Below, one piece after another: positions 10,150 to 20,198 of a DNA stretch of 64,000 bases (positions are counted from its first letter, which is position 1; every line of letters begins with the position of its first letter). The notes under the pieces are model-generated. The model worked only from the letters and a program-made list of their open reading frames with translations, did not search any database and was not told the origin of the DNA. The stretch is from positions 19,970 through 83,969 of the forward strand of contig PBCY01000019.1 in assembly GCA_002717245.1 (NCBI GenBank). The letters run 5' to 3'. The position numbers and the translations under genes were made by a program. This DNA is from Pelagibacteraceae bacterium (GTDB taxonomy: Bacteria > Pseudomonadota > Alphaproteobacteria > GCA-002720895).

Positions 10150-11727
10150 TTATAAATTTATTCTTTCTGGCTTTGTTTTTTTTAACCATAATATAATTAG
10201 AATTCTAGTAAACATTATTGCAGTAAACATTGATGTTAAAATTCCAATTGATAATGTAACGGCAAAACCTTTAACTGGCCCTGAACCTAAACCAAATAAC
10301 ATTATTGCTGCGATAAGAGTTGTTATATTAGCATCAATAATTGTCTTAAAAGCTTCTTTGTAACCTATATCTATAGTTGCTATAGGAGACATGTTATGTT
10401 TAATTTCTTCTTTAATTCTCTCAAATATTAAAACATTTGCATCGACAGCCATTCCAATTGTTAAAACTATTCCTGCTATACCAGGAAGAGTCAAAGTGGC
10501 TTTAATAGAAGTTAAAATTGAAAGTAAAATTAATAAATTAAAAATTAACGCTATGTTAGCAAAAATGCCAAAAGTTCCATAAACTAAATACATAAAAAAT
10601 ATAATTAAAATAAATCCTAAAATAGAAGCAAATTTACCTGATTCAATAGAGTCAGCTCCTAGACTTGGCCCAACAGTTCTTTCTTCAACGATTGTTAAAG
10701 GTGCGGGTAAAGCTCCAGCTCTTAATAACATCGACAAATCAGTAGCTTCTTGAAAACTAAATTGACCTGTTATTATACCTTTGCCACCTGTTATTGGTTC
10801 TCTTATATTTGGCGAACTAATAACTTTTTTATCTAAAACAATTGCTAGCTTTTTACCTAAATTATCAGTTGTAATCTTTCCAAACTTTCTACCTCCTTTA
10901 TTATTAAATTCAAAGGCAACAACTGCAACTCCCTTATCTAAAGTTGGGTAAGCGTTAGTTAACAAATCACCAGAAATAATGTTTCTTTTTTTTACTGCAT
11001 ATAAAATAGGGCTACCAGATAAATCTAATTCCTTATCAGATTCATAAACTACTGTTCCTGGTTTTGTTTTACCTGACTTTAAATCACTTAAAGATAAATC
11101 TTCATCAACAATTTGAAGAGTCAATTTTGCTGTTTTACCAAGTAAACTTTTTAATCTTTCAGGATCAGATATACCAGGTAACTCTAATAATATTCTATCT
11201 ACACCTTGTCGTTGTATTGTTGGTTCTTTTGTTCCATATTCATCAACTCTTCTTCTAATAACTTCAATAGACTGATTTACTGATGTATCTTTAATATTTT
11301 TAACTTTTTCATCACTAAATAAAATATTTATCAATTTATTTTCTTCAAATTCAAAAATTAGATCCTGAGAATATTTAGATAATATCTTTGATATTGTTTC
11401 TTTATCTGAATCTTTCTTAAATTTTAAAGAAATATTATTATCTGAAATCTTAAAGTTAGAATAAGAAACTCTATTTTTTCTTAATGATAATCTTAATTCA
11501 TCTGAAAAAGTTTCAAAATTTTCTAAGACTACAGAATTTGAATCAACTTCGATTAATAAATACGAACCACCTTGTAAATCTAACCCTAAAACAATTTGGT
11601 CAGTTGGGACAAAAGTAGGAAAATTTTTTAAAGTATTTTTTGAAAAAAAATTAGGTAACGAGAAAATAATAGCAAAAAAACTAAAAATAATTACCAGATA
11701 TAATTGCCATTTTTTAAACTGTACCAT
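10150..11727 (-). CDS. secD: protein translocase subunit SecD
   Basis: 525 aa with LGLDLQGGSYLL, a periplasmic P1 domain, and a C-terminal TM bundle with DANVLIFERIKEE. Confidence 0.93.
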   Translation of the reverse strand: MVQFKKWQLYLVIIFSFFAIIFSLPNFFSKNTLKNFPTFVPTDQIVLGLDLQGGSYLLIEVDSNSVVLENFETFSDELRLSLRKNRVSYSNFKISDNNISLKFKKDSDKETISKILSKYSQDLIFEFEENKLINILFSDEKVKNIKDTSVNQSIEVIRRRVDEYGTKEPTIQRQGVDRILLELPGISDPERLKSLLGKTAKLTLQIVDEDLSLSDLKSGKTKPGTVVYESDKELDLSGSPILYAVKKRNIISGDLLTNAYPTLDKGVAVVAFEFNNKGGRKFGKITTDNLGKKLAIVLDKKVISSPNIREPITGGKGIITGQFSFQEATDLSMLLRAGALPAPLTIVEERTVGPSLGADSIESGKFASILGFILIIFFMYLVYGTFGIFANIALIFNLLILLSILTSIKATLTLPGIAGIVLTIGMAVDANVLIFERIKEEIKHNMSPIATIDIGYKEAFKTIIDANITTLIAAIMLFGLGSGPVKGFAVTLSIGILTSMFTAIMFTRILIILWLKKTKPERINL

Positions 11728-11752
11728 TAATTATAAAATTAATTAATTAAAA

Positions 11753-12037
11753 TTATTTACTAACATCGGATGAATTGTTAATAACAGTGCTAATAGTTGG
11801 TCTAGAAATAATTATCTTTACATTATTTGATATTTCAACTTCTACTTTGTTCTCATCTATAACTCTCGAAATTTTACCATATACTCCACCAGCAGTGACG
11901 ATGTCGTCTCCACGCTTAATTTTATCAATCATTTCTTTATGTTCTTTCATCTTCTTTTGTTGTGGTCTTATCAATAAAAAATAAAAGACAACAAAAATAA
12001 GAATTAATGGTAAAAAAGATACTAATGCTTCATTCAT
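11753..12037 (-). CDS. yajC: preprotein translocase subunit YajC
   Basis: 94 aa with a single N-terminal TM, then RPQQKKMKEHKEMIDKIKRGDDIVTAGGVYGKI, the typical YajC core. Lies upstream of secDF. Confidence 0.9.
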   Translation of the reverse strand: MNEALVSFLPLILIFVVFYFLLIRPQQKKMKEHKEMIDKIKRGDDIVTAGGVYGKISRVIDENKVEVEISNNVKIIISRPTISTVINNSSDVSK

Positions 12038-12097
12038 AACAATCTACTTATAATAATTTTTTCTAAATAATATATTTTTTTTTAAAAAATTAAACAT

Positions 12098-12727
12098 TTA
12101 ATTAATTCCTGATACTAAAGGAACAAACCTAACTCTCCAAGATTTTTCGATAATTAACTTTTTATTTTTTTTAACTACCTTTGAAATATATTGCTCCCCT
12201 CCTCTAATTAGTGGTAAAACTAAGATTCCATTATCGGATAGTTGTTCAATTATTTTTTTTGGCAAACTATTTGATACAGCTGTAATTATAATACGGTCAA
12301 AGGCAAACTTAGCAGGCCATCCTTCTAATCCATCACCATGGTAAAAAACAATATTAGTAATTTTTAATTTATTTAATACTTTTTTAGCCTTTTCTAAAAG
12401 TAAATTATGCCTTTCTATTGTATAAATTCTTTTAAATAATTTTGATAAAATAGCTGTTTGATAACCAGAACCCGTGCCTATTTCTAATACATTAGAATTT
12501 TGCTTTGGTTCTAATAATTCAGTCATTTTAGCAACTACTGCAGGTTGACTTATTGTTTGATTGCAATCAATAGGTAGAGCTTTATTTTGATATGCTTTAT
12601 AGTTTAAATCTTTATCTATAAATTCTTCCCGAGGAATTTTTTCTAAAATTGATAAAACATTATGATTAGTTACTCCTAACTTTCTTAGTGTTAAGATTAA
12701 ATTAATTCTTTTTAAATTATCTATCAA
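12098..12727 (-). CDS. pcm: protein-L-isoaspartate O-methyltransferase
   Basis: 209 aa with QTISQPAVVAKMTELL and the VLEIGTGSGYQTAILS SAM motif. Conserved position downstream of serS. Confidence 0.9.
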   Translation of the reverse strand: MIDNLKRINLILTLRKLGVTNHNVLSILEKIPREEFIDKDLNYKAYQNKALPIDCNQTISQPAVVAKMTELLEPKQNSNVLEIGTGSGYQTAILSKLFKRIYTIERHNLLLEKAKKVLNKLKITNIVFYHGDGLEGWPAKFAFDRIIITAVSNSLPKKIIEQLSDNGILVLPLIRGGEQYISKVVKKNKKLIIEKSWRVRFVPLVSGIN

Positions 12728-12732
12728 AAAAA

Positions 12733-13989
12733 CTAAAGCCTTTCTTGATTATTCATATATTTCTTTAGAACTTCTGGTATATCAACTGAGCCATCTTTAT
12801 TTTGATAATTTTCTAAAATTGCAATAATTGTTCTTCCAACTGCTAATGCAGATCCATTTAGTGTATGAGGAAAATGTTTTGTATTATTATCATTGTATCT
12901 TGCGTTTATTCTTCTACTTTGAAAGTCACCACAATTTGAAATGCTTGAAATTTCCATGTAACCTTTTAAACTTGGAACCCAAACCTCTATATCAAAAGTT
13001 TTTTTTGCAGCAAAACCAACTTCAGCTGAACATAATTCACAAACTCTATATGGCAACTTCAAGTCTTGTAAGATTTTTTCTGCAGCAGATAAAAGAAATA
13101 AATGTTCATCATTAGAATTCTCAGAAGCAACTATTGAAACTATCTCCACTTTACCAAATTGATGCTGTCTTTTTAATCCTCTTGTATCTTTACCAGCAGC
13201 TCCTGCTTCAGATCTAAAACATGGAGTGTATGCGGTGTATCGAAATGGTAAATCTTTTTTATCCAATATTTTATCTCTTACTAAATTAATTAAAGTAACT
13301 TCGCTAGTTGGGATAAGCCAAAGATTTTCTCTTGTTTTAAATATATCCGAATCAAATTTAGGTAACTGTCCAGTTCCTAGTAAAGATTCATTATTAACTA
13401 AATAAGGAGTATAAAATTCATCAAATTCTCCAAATTTAACGTTGCTATCTATCATAAAATTAGTTAATGCTCTTTCTAATTTAGAAAGATTATTTTTCAA
13501 ATAAACAAATCTTGAGCCTGAAACATTTGCAGCACTTTTAAAATCAAGTAAGCCTAGATTCTCACCAATATCAACATGATCTTTTATTTTAAAATCAAAT
13601 TCTTTAATATCTCCAAATTTTTTTATTTCTAAATTATCATTTTCATTTTTACCATCAGGGACACTTTCATCTAAAAAATTTGGTAATTCCATTAGAAAAT
13701 TATCTAGATCTGAATTTTTTGAAGTTTTACCTTCTTGAAATTTACTTATATCTTCTTTTAAAATCTTTACTTTATTTATTAATTCCTTTTTTTTTGAAGA
13801 ATCTTTTGTATTAGAAATTTCTTTAGATATCTTGTTTCGTAATTCTAAAAGTTTTTCAAGTTTTACAAAAACTTTTGAACGTGATTTACCCATATCTATT
13901 AATTTATTTGAAAGAGGTTTTAAACCTCTTCTTTTAAAAGCTTCATCAGCTTTTTTTGGGTTATTTATAATCCACTTAATATCTAACAT
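12733..13989 (-). CDS. serS: serine--tRNA ligase
   Basis: 418 aa. N-terminal coiled-coil arm, class II motifs (FRSEAGAAGKDTRGLKRQHQF, GSALAVGRTIIAILENYQ). Confidence 0.97.
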   Translation of the reverse strand: MLDIKWIINNPKKADEAFKRRGLKPLSNKLIDMGKSRSKVFVKLEKLLELRNKISKEISNTKDSSKKKELINKVKILKEDISKFQEGKTSKNSDLDNFLMELPNFLDESVPDGKNENDNLEIKKFGDIKEFDFKIKDHVDIGENLGLLDFKSAANVSGSRFVYLKNNLSKLERALTNFMIDSNVKFGEFDEFYTPYLVNNESLLGTGQLPKFDSDIFKTRENLWLIPTSEVTLINLVRDKILDKKDLPFRYTAYTPCFRSEAGAAGKDTRGLKRQHQFGKVEIVSIVASENSNDEHLFLLSAAEKILQDLKLPYRVCELCSAEVGFAAKKTFDIEVWVPSLKGYMEISSISNCGDFQSRRINARYNDNNTKHFPHTLNGSALAVGRTIIAILENYQNKDGSVDIPEVLKKYMNNQERL

Positions 13990-14019
13990 TTTTATTTATT
14001 TAAAATATTATAACAAAAA

Positions 14020-14778
14020 TTACTTTTTCTTTTTTTCAAAAAATTTAGATATAAATATAGACAACTCATATATTAAAATAACTGGTATAGCTAAACCTAC
14101 TTGAGAAATAATATCTGGAGGTGTAATTAATGCAGACACTAAAAAAATAATAACTATTACAAATCTTCTCTTTTTTGCTAAATCTTTAGGTGATGTTATA
14201 CCTAAAATTGTTAGTAAAAAAATAGCTGTTGGTAGTTGAAAGGCAAGACCAAAAGCAAAAGCAAGTTTTAACGTTAGAGAAATATATTCGTTAATTTTAG
14301 GTTCTAGCTCAATTGAATAATTATTATGTAATGTTGAAGTATCAAAGGCAGCAAAAAAGTTCCAAGCTAGTGGTATTATAAAATAATAAAGAAATATAAA
14401 ACCTAAAATAAACATAAATGGAATCAAAAAAATAAAAGGAAATATTATTTTTTTTTCTTTTTCAAGTAATCCTGGTGCAACAAATTTCCATAACTGATAT
14501 ACAAGAAAAGGAGATGAAATAATAAATGCAGAAACAAGTGATAATTTTAAATAACTTAAAAATGCTTCAGCTAAACCAGTATAAATAAGCCTTTTATTAT
14601 CCTTAAAATCAATAGATTCTATAAATGGATGAACAAAAAATGAGAATATGTCTTCTACAAAATAATATGTAAAAAAAAATGAAAATAAAAAAAATAAAAA
14701 AAAATAAATTGTTCTATTTCTTAATTCAACTAAATGAATAGAAAAAAACTCTTTATTGTTATTTTTTTTTAAAACCAA
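14020..14778 (-). CDS. tatC: twin-arginine translocase subunit TatC
   Basis: 252 aa, six TM helices. HLVELRNR near the N-terminus and TPPDIISQ near the C-terminus are typical TatC motifs. Confidence 0.93.
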   Translation of the reverse strand: MVLKKNNNKEFFSIHLVELRNRTIYFFLFFLFSFFFTYYFVEDIFSFFVHPFIESIDFKDNKRLIYTGLAEAFLSYLKLSLVSAFIISSPFLVYQLWKFVAPGLLEKEKKIIFPFIFLIPFMFILGFIFLYYFIIPLAWNFFAAFDTSTLHNNYSIELEPKINEYISLTLKLAFAFGLAFQLPTAIFLLTILGITSPKDLAKKRRFVIVIIFLVSALITPPDIISQVGLAIPVILIYELSIFISKFFEKKKK

Positions 14779-14781
14779 CTT

Positions 14782-15021
14782 TTATTTCTTTTTCAATTTT
14801 TTTAATTCTTTTTCAATTTTTAAGATTTCTTTATTTCTTTTTTTAAATTCTTCTCTGTATAAATCTGTATTAAATTCATCTGTAATATCTGAAATATAAT
14901 TTTTAATTTTATAAAAAAAATTAACAATTTTTTTAATAAAAAAAGGAATGTCTTGAGGCTTTATAAAAACTAAAGACACTATTGTTATTAGAAGTAGTTC
15001 AGTCCAACCTATGTTAAACAT
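14782..15021 (-). CDS. tatB: twin-arginine translocase subunit TatB
   Basis: 79 aa. N-terminus MFNIGWTELLLITIVSLVFIKPQDIP matches the TatB MFDIG...GP..LP pattern, followed by an amphipathic helix. Lies between tatA and tatC. Confidence 0.78.
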   Translation of the reverse strand: MFNIGWTELLLITIVSLVFIKPQDIPFFIKKIVNFFYKIKNYISDITDEFNTDLYREEFKKRNKEILKIEKELKKLKKK

Positions 15022-15030
15022 TTTTTAGAT

Positions 15031-15189
15031 TTACTTTTTTTTCTTTCTTTTTGAATTATCTTTTAAAGAAGAACGCAAACTTTGCAATCCTTTACCAAGT
15101 TGTTTAATAACAACAGGTAATTTTCCTGCTCCAAAAAGAATTAGGATAATAACTAAAACTAATAATATTTGCCAGAAACTTGGTGCCAT
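15031..15189 (-). CDS. tatA: twin-arginine translocase subunit TatA (52 aa, missed by the ORF track)
   Basis: Minus-strand ATG at 15189, TAA at 15031-15033. Translates to MAPSFWQILLVLVIILILFGAGKLPVVIKQLGKGLQSLRSSLKDNSKRKKKK. It has the TatA hallmark of a TM helix followed by LFG..KLP and an amphipathic helix. Lies 9 nt upstream of tatB. Confidence 0.85.
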   Translation of the reverse strand: MAPSFWQILLVLVIILILFGAGKLPVVIKQLGKGLQSLRSSLKDNSKRKKKK

Positions 15190-15204
15190 ATATATATTTT
15201 TTAA

Positions 15205-16278
15205 TTATTTATATTTAAATATAAAAAAATCTCTTTTACCAATACTAATATAGCAAATTTTATTTTTTGGTGGGATAAATTTTCCAGAAACTTTTATATG
15301 AATATGTTTTTTTACTAGCTTATTTAAAATATCTAAATGTAAGTACGAATTCTTACCAATATATTTAATTGCAATAATTTTACTTTTAATTTTATATAAA
15401 TCTTTTTTTGAAGAATTCTTAGATATTTTGAAAGCTTCAGGTCTAAATACAATCTCAACTTCTTTGGCTTTAGATATATCGTTTAATTTGACTTTAATAG
15501 GACCAAAAATTGTATTAGCTTTATTTTTATATATTTTACATCTTAGGGTTAAAGTTTCACCAAAAAATCTTGCTACAAATGAAGATTTTGGATTATTATA
15601 TATTTTACTAGGTCTATCGAATTGTAAAATTTTACCTTCGTTCATAACAGCAATATAATCACCTATAAACATAGCATCATCCGGATCATGAGTTATTATT
15701 AGTGCTGTAGTTGCAGTTTTTTGTAGTAAATGCAATGTCACATCTCTTATTTTATTTTTTAATCTTTGGTCGAGATTTGCAAACGGTTCATCCATCATAA
15801 GTAATTCGGGTTTTGTTACTAAAGATCTAGCTATAGAAACAAGTTGTTTTTGACCAGCAGATAATTGGTGAGGAAAAGTATTTGAATAATGAGGTAGTCC
15901 TATTTTTCTCAAAATTTCAAAAGTCTCTCTTTGTATATCTTTATATTCTTTTTTTTTTGATCCAAAAGATACATTCTTGAAAATATTTAAATGTGGAAAT
16001 AAGTTAGACTCTTGAAAAACTAAACCTATATTTCTCTTTTCAGTTGGTACAGAATAATTCGGTTTTGAAAAAATTTTATTTTTAAAAAAAATTTTTCCTA
16101 AATTTAAATTATCTAACCCTGCAATAACTCTTAATAATGATGTTTTACCACATCCTGAAGGGCCTACAAGACAAACAACTTTATTACTAGGTATATTAAG
16201 ATTGATATCGCTTAATATTTTTTTTTTATTTTTAATCAGAGATAAATTCTGAATTTCTATATTGTTATCTTTTACCAC
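15205..16278 (-). CDS. ABC importer ATP-binding protein (FbpC/PotA-like, with a C-terminal TOBE-like domain)
   Basis: 357 aa with Walker A GPSGCGKTSLL, signature LSAGQKQLVSIAR, Walker B LLMMDEPFANLD and H-loop ITHD, plus a C-terminal extension of about 110 aa as in Fe3+/polyamine importer ATPases. Confidence 0.85.
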   Translation of the reverse strand: MVKDNNIEIQNLSLIKNKKKILSDINLNIPSNKVVCLVGPSGCGKTSLLRVIAGLDNLNLGKIFFKNKIFSKPNYSVPTEKRNIGLVFQESNLFPHLNIFKNVSFGSKKKEYKDIQRETFEILRKIGLPHYSNTFPHQLSAGQKQLVSIARSLVTKPELLMMDEPFANLDQRLKNKIRDVTLHLLQKTATTALIITHDPDDAMFIGDYIAVMNEGKILQFDRPSKIYNNPKSSFVARFFGETLTLRCKIYKNKANTIFGPIKVKLNDISKAKEVEIVFRPEAFKISKNSSKKDLYKIKSKIIAIKYIGKNSYLHLDILNKLVKKHIHIKVSGKFIPPKNKICYISIGKRDFFIFKYK

Positions 16279-17884
16279 TTTTGAACAAATGATTGTTAAT
16301 CCTAGATATAAATATTATGCCAATTATACATAATACAACGATAATTAAAGCAGGTATTGTAGACTCAATTATTCTTTCTTCAGATGCATATTCATAAGTT
16401 TGAATTGCTAAAGTATCAAAATTAAAAGGCCTTAAAATTAAAGTAGCAGATAATTCTTTAATAATTTCAATAAAAATCAAGATAAGAGATAACATTATAC
16501 TTAATGACATCATAGGAATATGAATATTAAATAATATTTTTATTGAACTTTTTCCTAAAACACTTGCGGTGTCATCTAAATTTTTTGATATTCTATGAAA
16601 ACTACTTTCTATATTTGTGTGAGATATAGTAAAAAATCGAACAATATAAGCAAAACACAAAACAAATATACTTCCTGAAACTAAATTGCTTATATTGTCA
16701 AAATATGTAAATGGTACTAAAACACCAATTGCAATAATTGATCCAGGTATAGCGTATCCTAATGATGCAATTTTACTGAAAAATAAATTTATTTTTGTTT
16801 TATTTATTCTTACTGAATAATTTACAAGCAATGAAAGAATAATAATTAGGAAAGAAACACTTAAAGCTAAAAAAATTGTATTAAAAGTATTTTTAATAGT
16901 ATCTTCCATCAAAAATATTTCTAAAGCTTGGAATGAATTTTTAATTAAAAAAGTAAATGGAATTAAAAAACCAAGTGATATTGGCAATAAACAAAACAAT
17001 ATTAAAATTAAATTTTTAAACTTACTAAGCGAAAGTAAATTGTTTTCGTTTCTATAACTTGATTTTATATTAATTTTTTCATTTGAAAAAAATCTTTTTT
17101 GAAAAAATAATATTAAAAAAATAAAAATTAAGAAAAATATAGATATTTGCGATGCTAAATGAATATCACCTAAGCCAACCCATGTTTTGTATATACCTGT
17201 TGTAAATGTATTTACTCCATAATATTGGACTGTTCCAAAATCATTTAAAGATTCTAAAATTGATAATATAACTCCTCCAATAATAGGAAATATAGTTAAT
17301 GGTAAAGAAACTTTAAAAAAAATTTTTAATTGTTTTAAACCTAATGTTTTTCCAATTTCATTATATGAATAGGAAATCTCTGAAAAAGCAGCTCTAGAAA
17401 TTATATAAACATACGGATACAAAGTTATAGAGAATATAAAAATTACTCCAGGCAATGATCTAATATTAAATAAATCATTATTAAAAATAAAAAAATTTTC
17501 TCTTAAAAAAGTTTGTAAAACTCCTGAATAATCTAGTATTTCTCCATAAGCAATAGCTGCAATATAAGGGGGTATACTTAATGGCAATAATAAACAAATA
17601 TCGATTAATTTCCTTAATGGAAATCTATAATTTGTAACAATCCAAGCAGAAGTAACACCAAAAAAAATAACAAAAATTGACTGAAAAAAAATTATATTGA
17701 ACGAATTAAATAAGTAATCCCATATCTCTATATTTAATATAAAATTCCACTCACTTTTATAGTTTAAAATAACATTAATTAATAAAGAAAGAATTGGGAA
17801 TGATAAAATAAGAGTAATTATTAAAGAAAAAAAAACCCAAAAATTAAAAGATCTATTAGTAAAAAAATCTTTAACTAATACCAA
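16265..17884 (-). CDS. ABC importer permease, duplicated two-domain type (FbpB/SfuB-like, Fe3+ class suspected)
   Basis: 539 aa, about 12 TM helices in two repeated MalFG-type halves, as in FbpB/ThiP-type permeases. TTG start 1 nt after the scpB stop. Overlaps the ATPase gene by 14 nt. Substrate is inferred only from architecture. Confidence 0.75.
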   Translation of the reverse strand: MVLVKDFFTNRSFNFWVFFSLIITLILSFPILSLLINVILNYKSEWNFILNIEIWDYLFNSFNIIFFQSIFVIFFGVTSAWIVTNYRFPLRKLIDICLLLPLSIPPYIAAIAYGEILDYSGVLQTFLRENFFIFNNDLFNIRSLPGVIFIFSITLYPYVYIISRAAFSEISYSYNEIGKTLGLKQLKIFFKVSLPLTIFPIIGGVILSILESLNDFGTVQYYGVNTFTTGIYKTWVGLGDIHLASQISIFFLIFIFLILFFQKRFFSNEKINIKSSYRNENNLLSLSKFKNLILILFCLLPISLGFLIPFTFLIKNSFQALEIFLMEDTIKNTFNTIFLALSVSFLIIILSLLVNYSVRINKTKINLFFSKIASLGYAIPGSIIAIGVLVPFTYFDNISNLVSGSIFVLCFAYIVRFFTISHTNIESSFHRISKNLDDTASVLGKSSIKILFNIHIPMMSLSIMLSLILIFIEIIKELSATLILRPFNFDTLAIQTYEYASEERIIESTIPALIIVVLCIIGIIFISRINNHLFKSGKR

Positions 17885-17885
17885 C

Positions 17886-18422
17886 TTAACCTCTTTGTTT
17901 TTCTATGCCTAATTGGTTAATTTCTTTAATTGTAGGAAGTTCTTTTAAATTTGTAAGATTAAAATGCTCAAGAAATTTATCTGTAGTTCCCCAAGTTAAT
18001 GGTTTTCCTGGTGTTTTTCTTCTTCCTTTTAATTCAATCCATCCTCTTTCTAATAAAATGTCTAAAGTTCCTTGACTAATATTTCTAGCTCTAACTTTTT
18101 CTATTTCACCTTTAGTCACAGGTTGGTAATAAGCAATAATTGCAAGAGTTTCAACACCGGCTTTAGATAATTTTCTTTTTAAATTTTTTTCGATCTTAAG
18201 ATAATTGGACATACTAGGAGCTGTTCTAAAACCCCACTTGTCTTTTACGTTATAAATATTTATACCACGGTCTTTATAAAAACTTTTTAACTCAACAAGT
18301 AGATTTTTAATATTAAAATTATTTGAAATATTTTTTTTTAAATCTTTTTCATCAACAAGATCGGAATTAGCAAATAAAATAGCTTCAATAATTTTTAAAC
18401 AAGTATTCTTGTCTTTATTCAT
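17886..18422 (-). CDS. scpB: segregation and condensation protein B
   Basis: 178 aa with IIEAILFAN, LSKAGVETLAIIAYYQPVTKGEIEKVRA (winged helix) and GRRKTPGKPLTWGTT. Confidence 0.9.
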   Translation of the reverse strand: MNKDKNTCLKIIEAILFANSDLVDEKDLKKNISNNFNIKNLLVELKSFYKDRGINIYNVKDKWGFRTAPSMSNYLKIEKNLKRKLSKAGVETLAIIAYYQPVTKGEIEKVRARNISQGTLDILLERGWIELKGRRKTPGKPLTWGTTDKFLEHFNLTNLKELPTIKEINQLGIEKQRG

Positions 18423-18428
18423 TTTTTA

Positions 18429-19157
18429 TTATTTTTTTTTTTTAATATATATCGGAGCAAACGGAGCGTGTTGTCTAACATTTATAACTCCTTCTTTAAC
18501 TAACTCTAGAGAAGCAGTAAAGTGAGAGGCAGTGAAGGATTTTTTTATAAAATTGTCAGTTTCTTTAGTTTTAATAATAGAATCAAGCGGTATCCATTCA
18601 TCTTTTTTTATTTCAAAAAATTTTTTTAAATTTTTTAAAGCTTCTTCAACAGAACATACTTTTTTTAAATTAAGTGTAAAATTCTTTATGTTTTTCCTAG
18701 TATCAACATCAACAATATTTCTTAATAAGTCATATAATGAGCAATCAAAAGTATATTTATTTTCTACAAAAGTTTCTTTTTCTAAACCATTTTTAAAAAA
18801 ATCTTTATTAAGTTGAGGTCTTGAAAAAATTTTTACACCAGCCTTACGCATCTCATCTAACTTTATTAATTGTTCTCTTAAATTTTCAGCTAAAGTAGCA
18901 GCTGGAATATCTTCATTTTTTTTTTCAGGCAACAAGAGCCTTGATTTTAAATATGTTAACCATGAAGCGATAACTAAAAAATCAGCAACTAATGTTAAAT
19001 TAGTTGTTTTAATTTTATTTTTAACATAATTGGAATATTGGTCAGCAAGTTCTAAAATTGATATATGTTTTAAATCAACTTTTTGCTTTTTTGCAAGATC
19101 TAACAAAAGTTCGATCGGCCCTTCATACCCATCTATATTTAATACAAAATCATTCAT
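18429..19157 (-). CDS. scpA: segregation and condensation protein A
   Basis: 242 aa with YEGPIELLLDLAKKQKVDLKHISILELADQY, the typical kleisin ScpA N-terminus. Lies upstream of scpB. Confidence 0.9.
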   Translation of the reverse strand: MNDFVLNIDGYEGPIELLLDLAKKQKVDLKHISILELADQYSNYVKNKIKTTNLTLVADFLVIASWLTYLKSRLLLPEKKNEDIPAATLAENLREQLIKLDEMRKAGVKIFSRPQLNKDFFKNGLEKETFVENKYTFDCSLYDLLRNIVDVDTRKNIKNFTLNLKKVCSVEEALKNLKKFFEIKKDEWIPLDSIIKTKETDNFIKKSFTASHFTASLELVKEGVINVRQHAPFAPIYIKKKK

Positions 19158-19229
19158 TTCACTTAATATAATTATAAATACTTAAAATTATTTTTTCTAT
19201 ATTATAAAAAAAAAAAAATTTTTATTTAA

Positions 19230-20198
19230 TTAAACTAAACGTTTGATTACACTTACTTTTTTTAAAGTTTTGTTTTTAATTAAAGGAATCGCTTTATAAA
19301 TTTGAACCATTTCATTTAAATTAGCATTGCAATGTAAAATAATATCACATCCTGAATTTAATATGTTTTTAACTCTACTTTTAATACTACCTTTTAACGC
19401 TTTCATATTTATATCATCAGAAAACAATAGTCCGGTGAAACCAATTTTTTTTCTTATAATCTTTTCAATAATAATTTTTGAATAACAAGCTAATTTATTA
19501 TCTATTCTATTATAAATAATATGAGCAACCATAGCGGCTGACTCTTTATTTAATCTTTTAAAAGGAAAAAAATCTTTTTTATTTAATAAATTAATATCTA
19601 AATTAACAATTGGTGTAGTTTTATGACTATCTTTATCAGAAGAACCATGACCGGGAATATGTTTAATCACCGGCATAACCTTCATTTTTTTATGCGCTTT
19701 ACAAAAAGATTTTGCTAACTCATAAACAATTTTGGGATCAGATGAAAAAGATCTATCTCCAATAACGTTATTCGTATAATCATAAGTAACATCTAGAACA
19801 GGAGCGCAATTCATGTTAATTCCAAGTTCTTTTAAATCCTTAGCAATTCTTAATGAATTTTTAAAAGTTAGTTCTTTTGCATTTAATAAATCTTTTTTTG
19901 CTTTATCACCAAAATATTTTGCTGTTGGATATTTTTTCCAAATTGGATTATTTAATCTAGAAACTCTGCCGCCTTCCTGATCAATTAAAAAAAAAGCTTT
20001 ATCATGAGATAATAAATTTTTTAAATTATCAACAAGTGACTTAACTTGTTTTTTATTTTTACAATTTCTTTCAAAGAAAATAAATCCTAAAGGATTTGTT
20101 TTTTTGAAAAAAATTTTTTCTCTGTCATTTAATTTATAACCTTTTATACCAAAAATTACAGGAAGAGGTTTTCTTAAAATTTTTTTTTTAACATTCAT
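19230..20198 (-). CDS. nagZ: beta-N-acetylhexosaminidase (glycoside hydrolase family 3, peptidoglycan recycling)
   Basis: 322 aa with IDQEGGRVSRL, APVLDV and KHIPGHGSSDKDSH (KH(F/I)PGHG motif). Conserved position between argS and scpA. Confidence 0.87.
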   Translation of the reverse strand: MNVKKKILRKPLPVIFGIKGYKLNDREKIFFKKTNPLGFIFFERNCKNKKQVKSLVDNLKNLLSHDKAFFLIDQEGGRVSRLNNPIWKKYPTAKYFGDKAKKDLLNAKELTFKNSLRIAKDLKELGINMNCAPVLDVTYDYTNNVIGDRSFSSDPKIVYELAKSFCKAHKKMKVMPVIKHIPGHGSSDKDSHKTTPIVNLDINLLNKKDFFPFKRLNKESAAMVAHIIYNRIDNKLACYSKIIIEKIIRKKIGFTGLLFSDDINMKALKGSIKSRVKNILNSGCDIILHCNANLNEMVQIYKAIPLIKNKTLKKVSVIKRLV

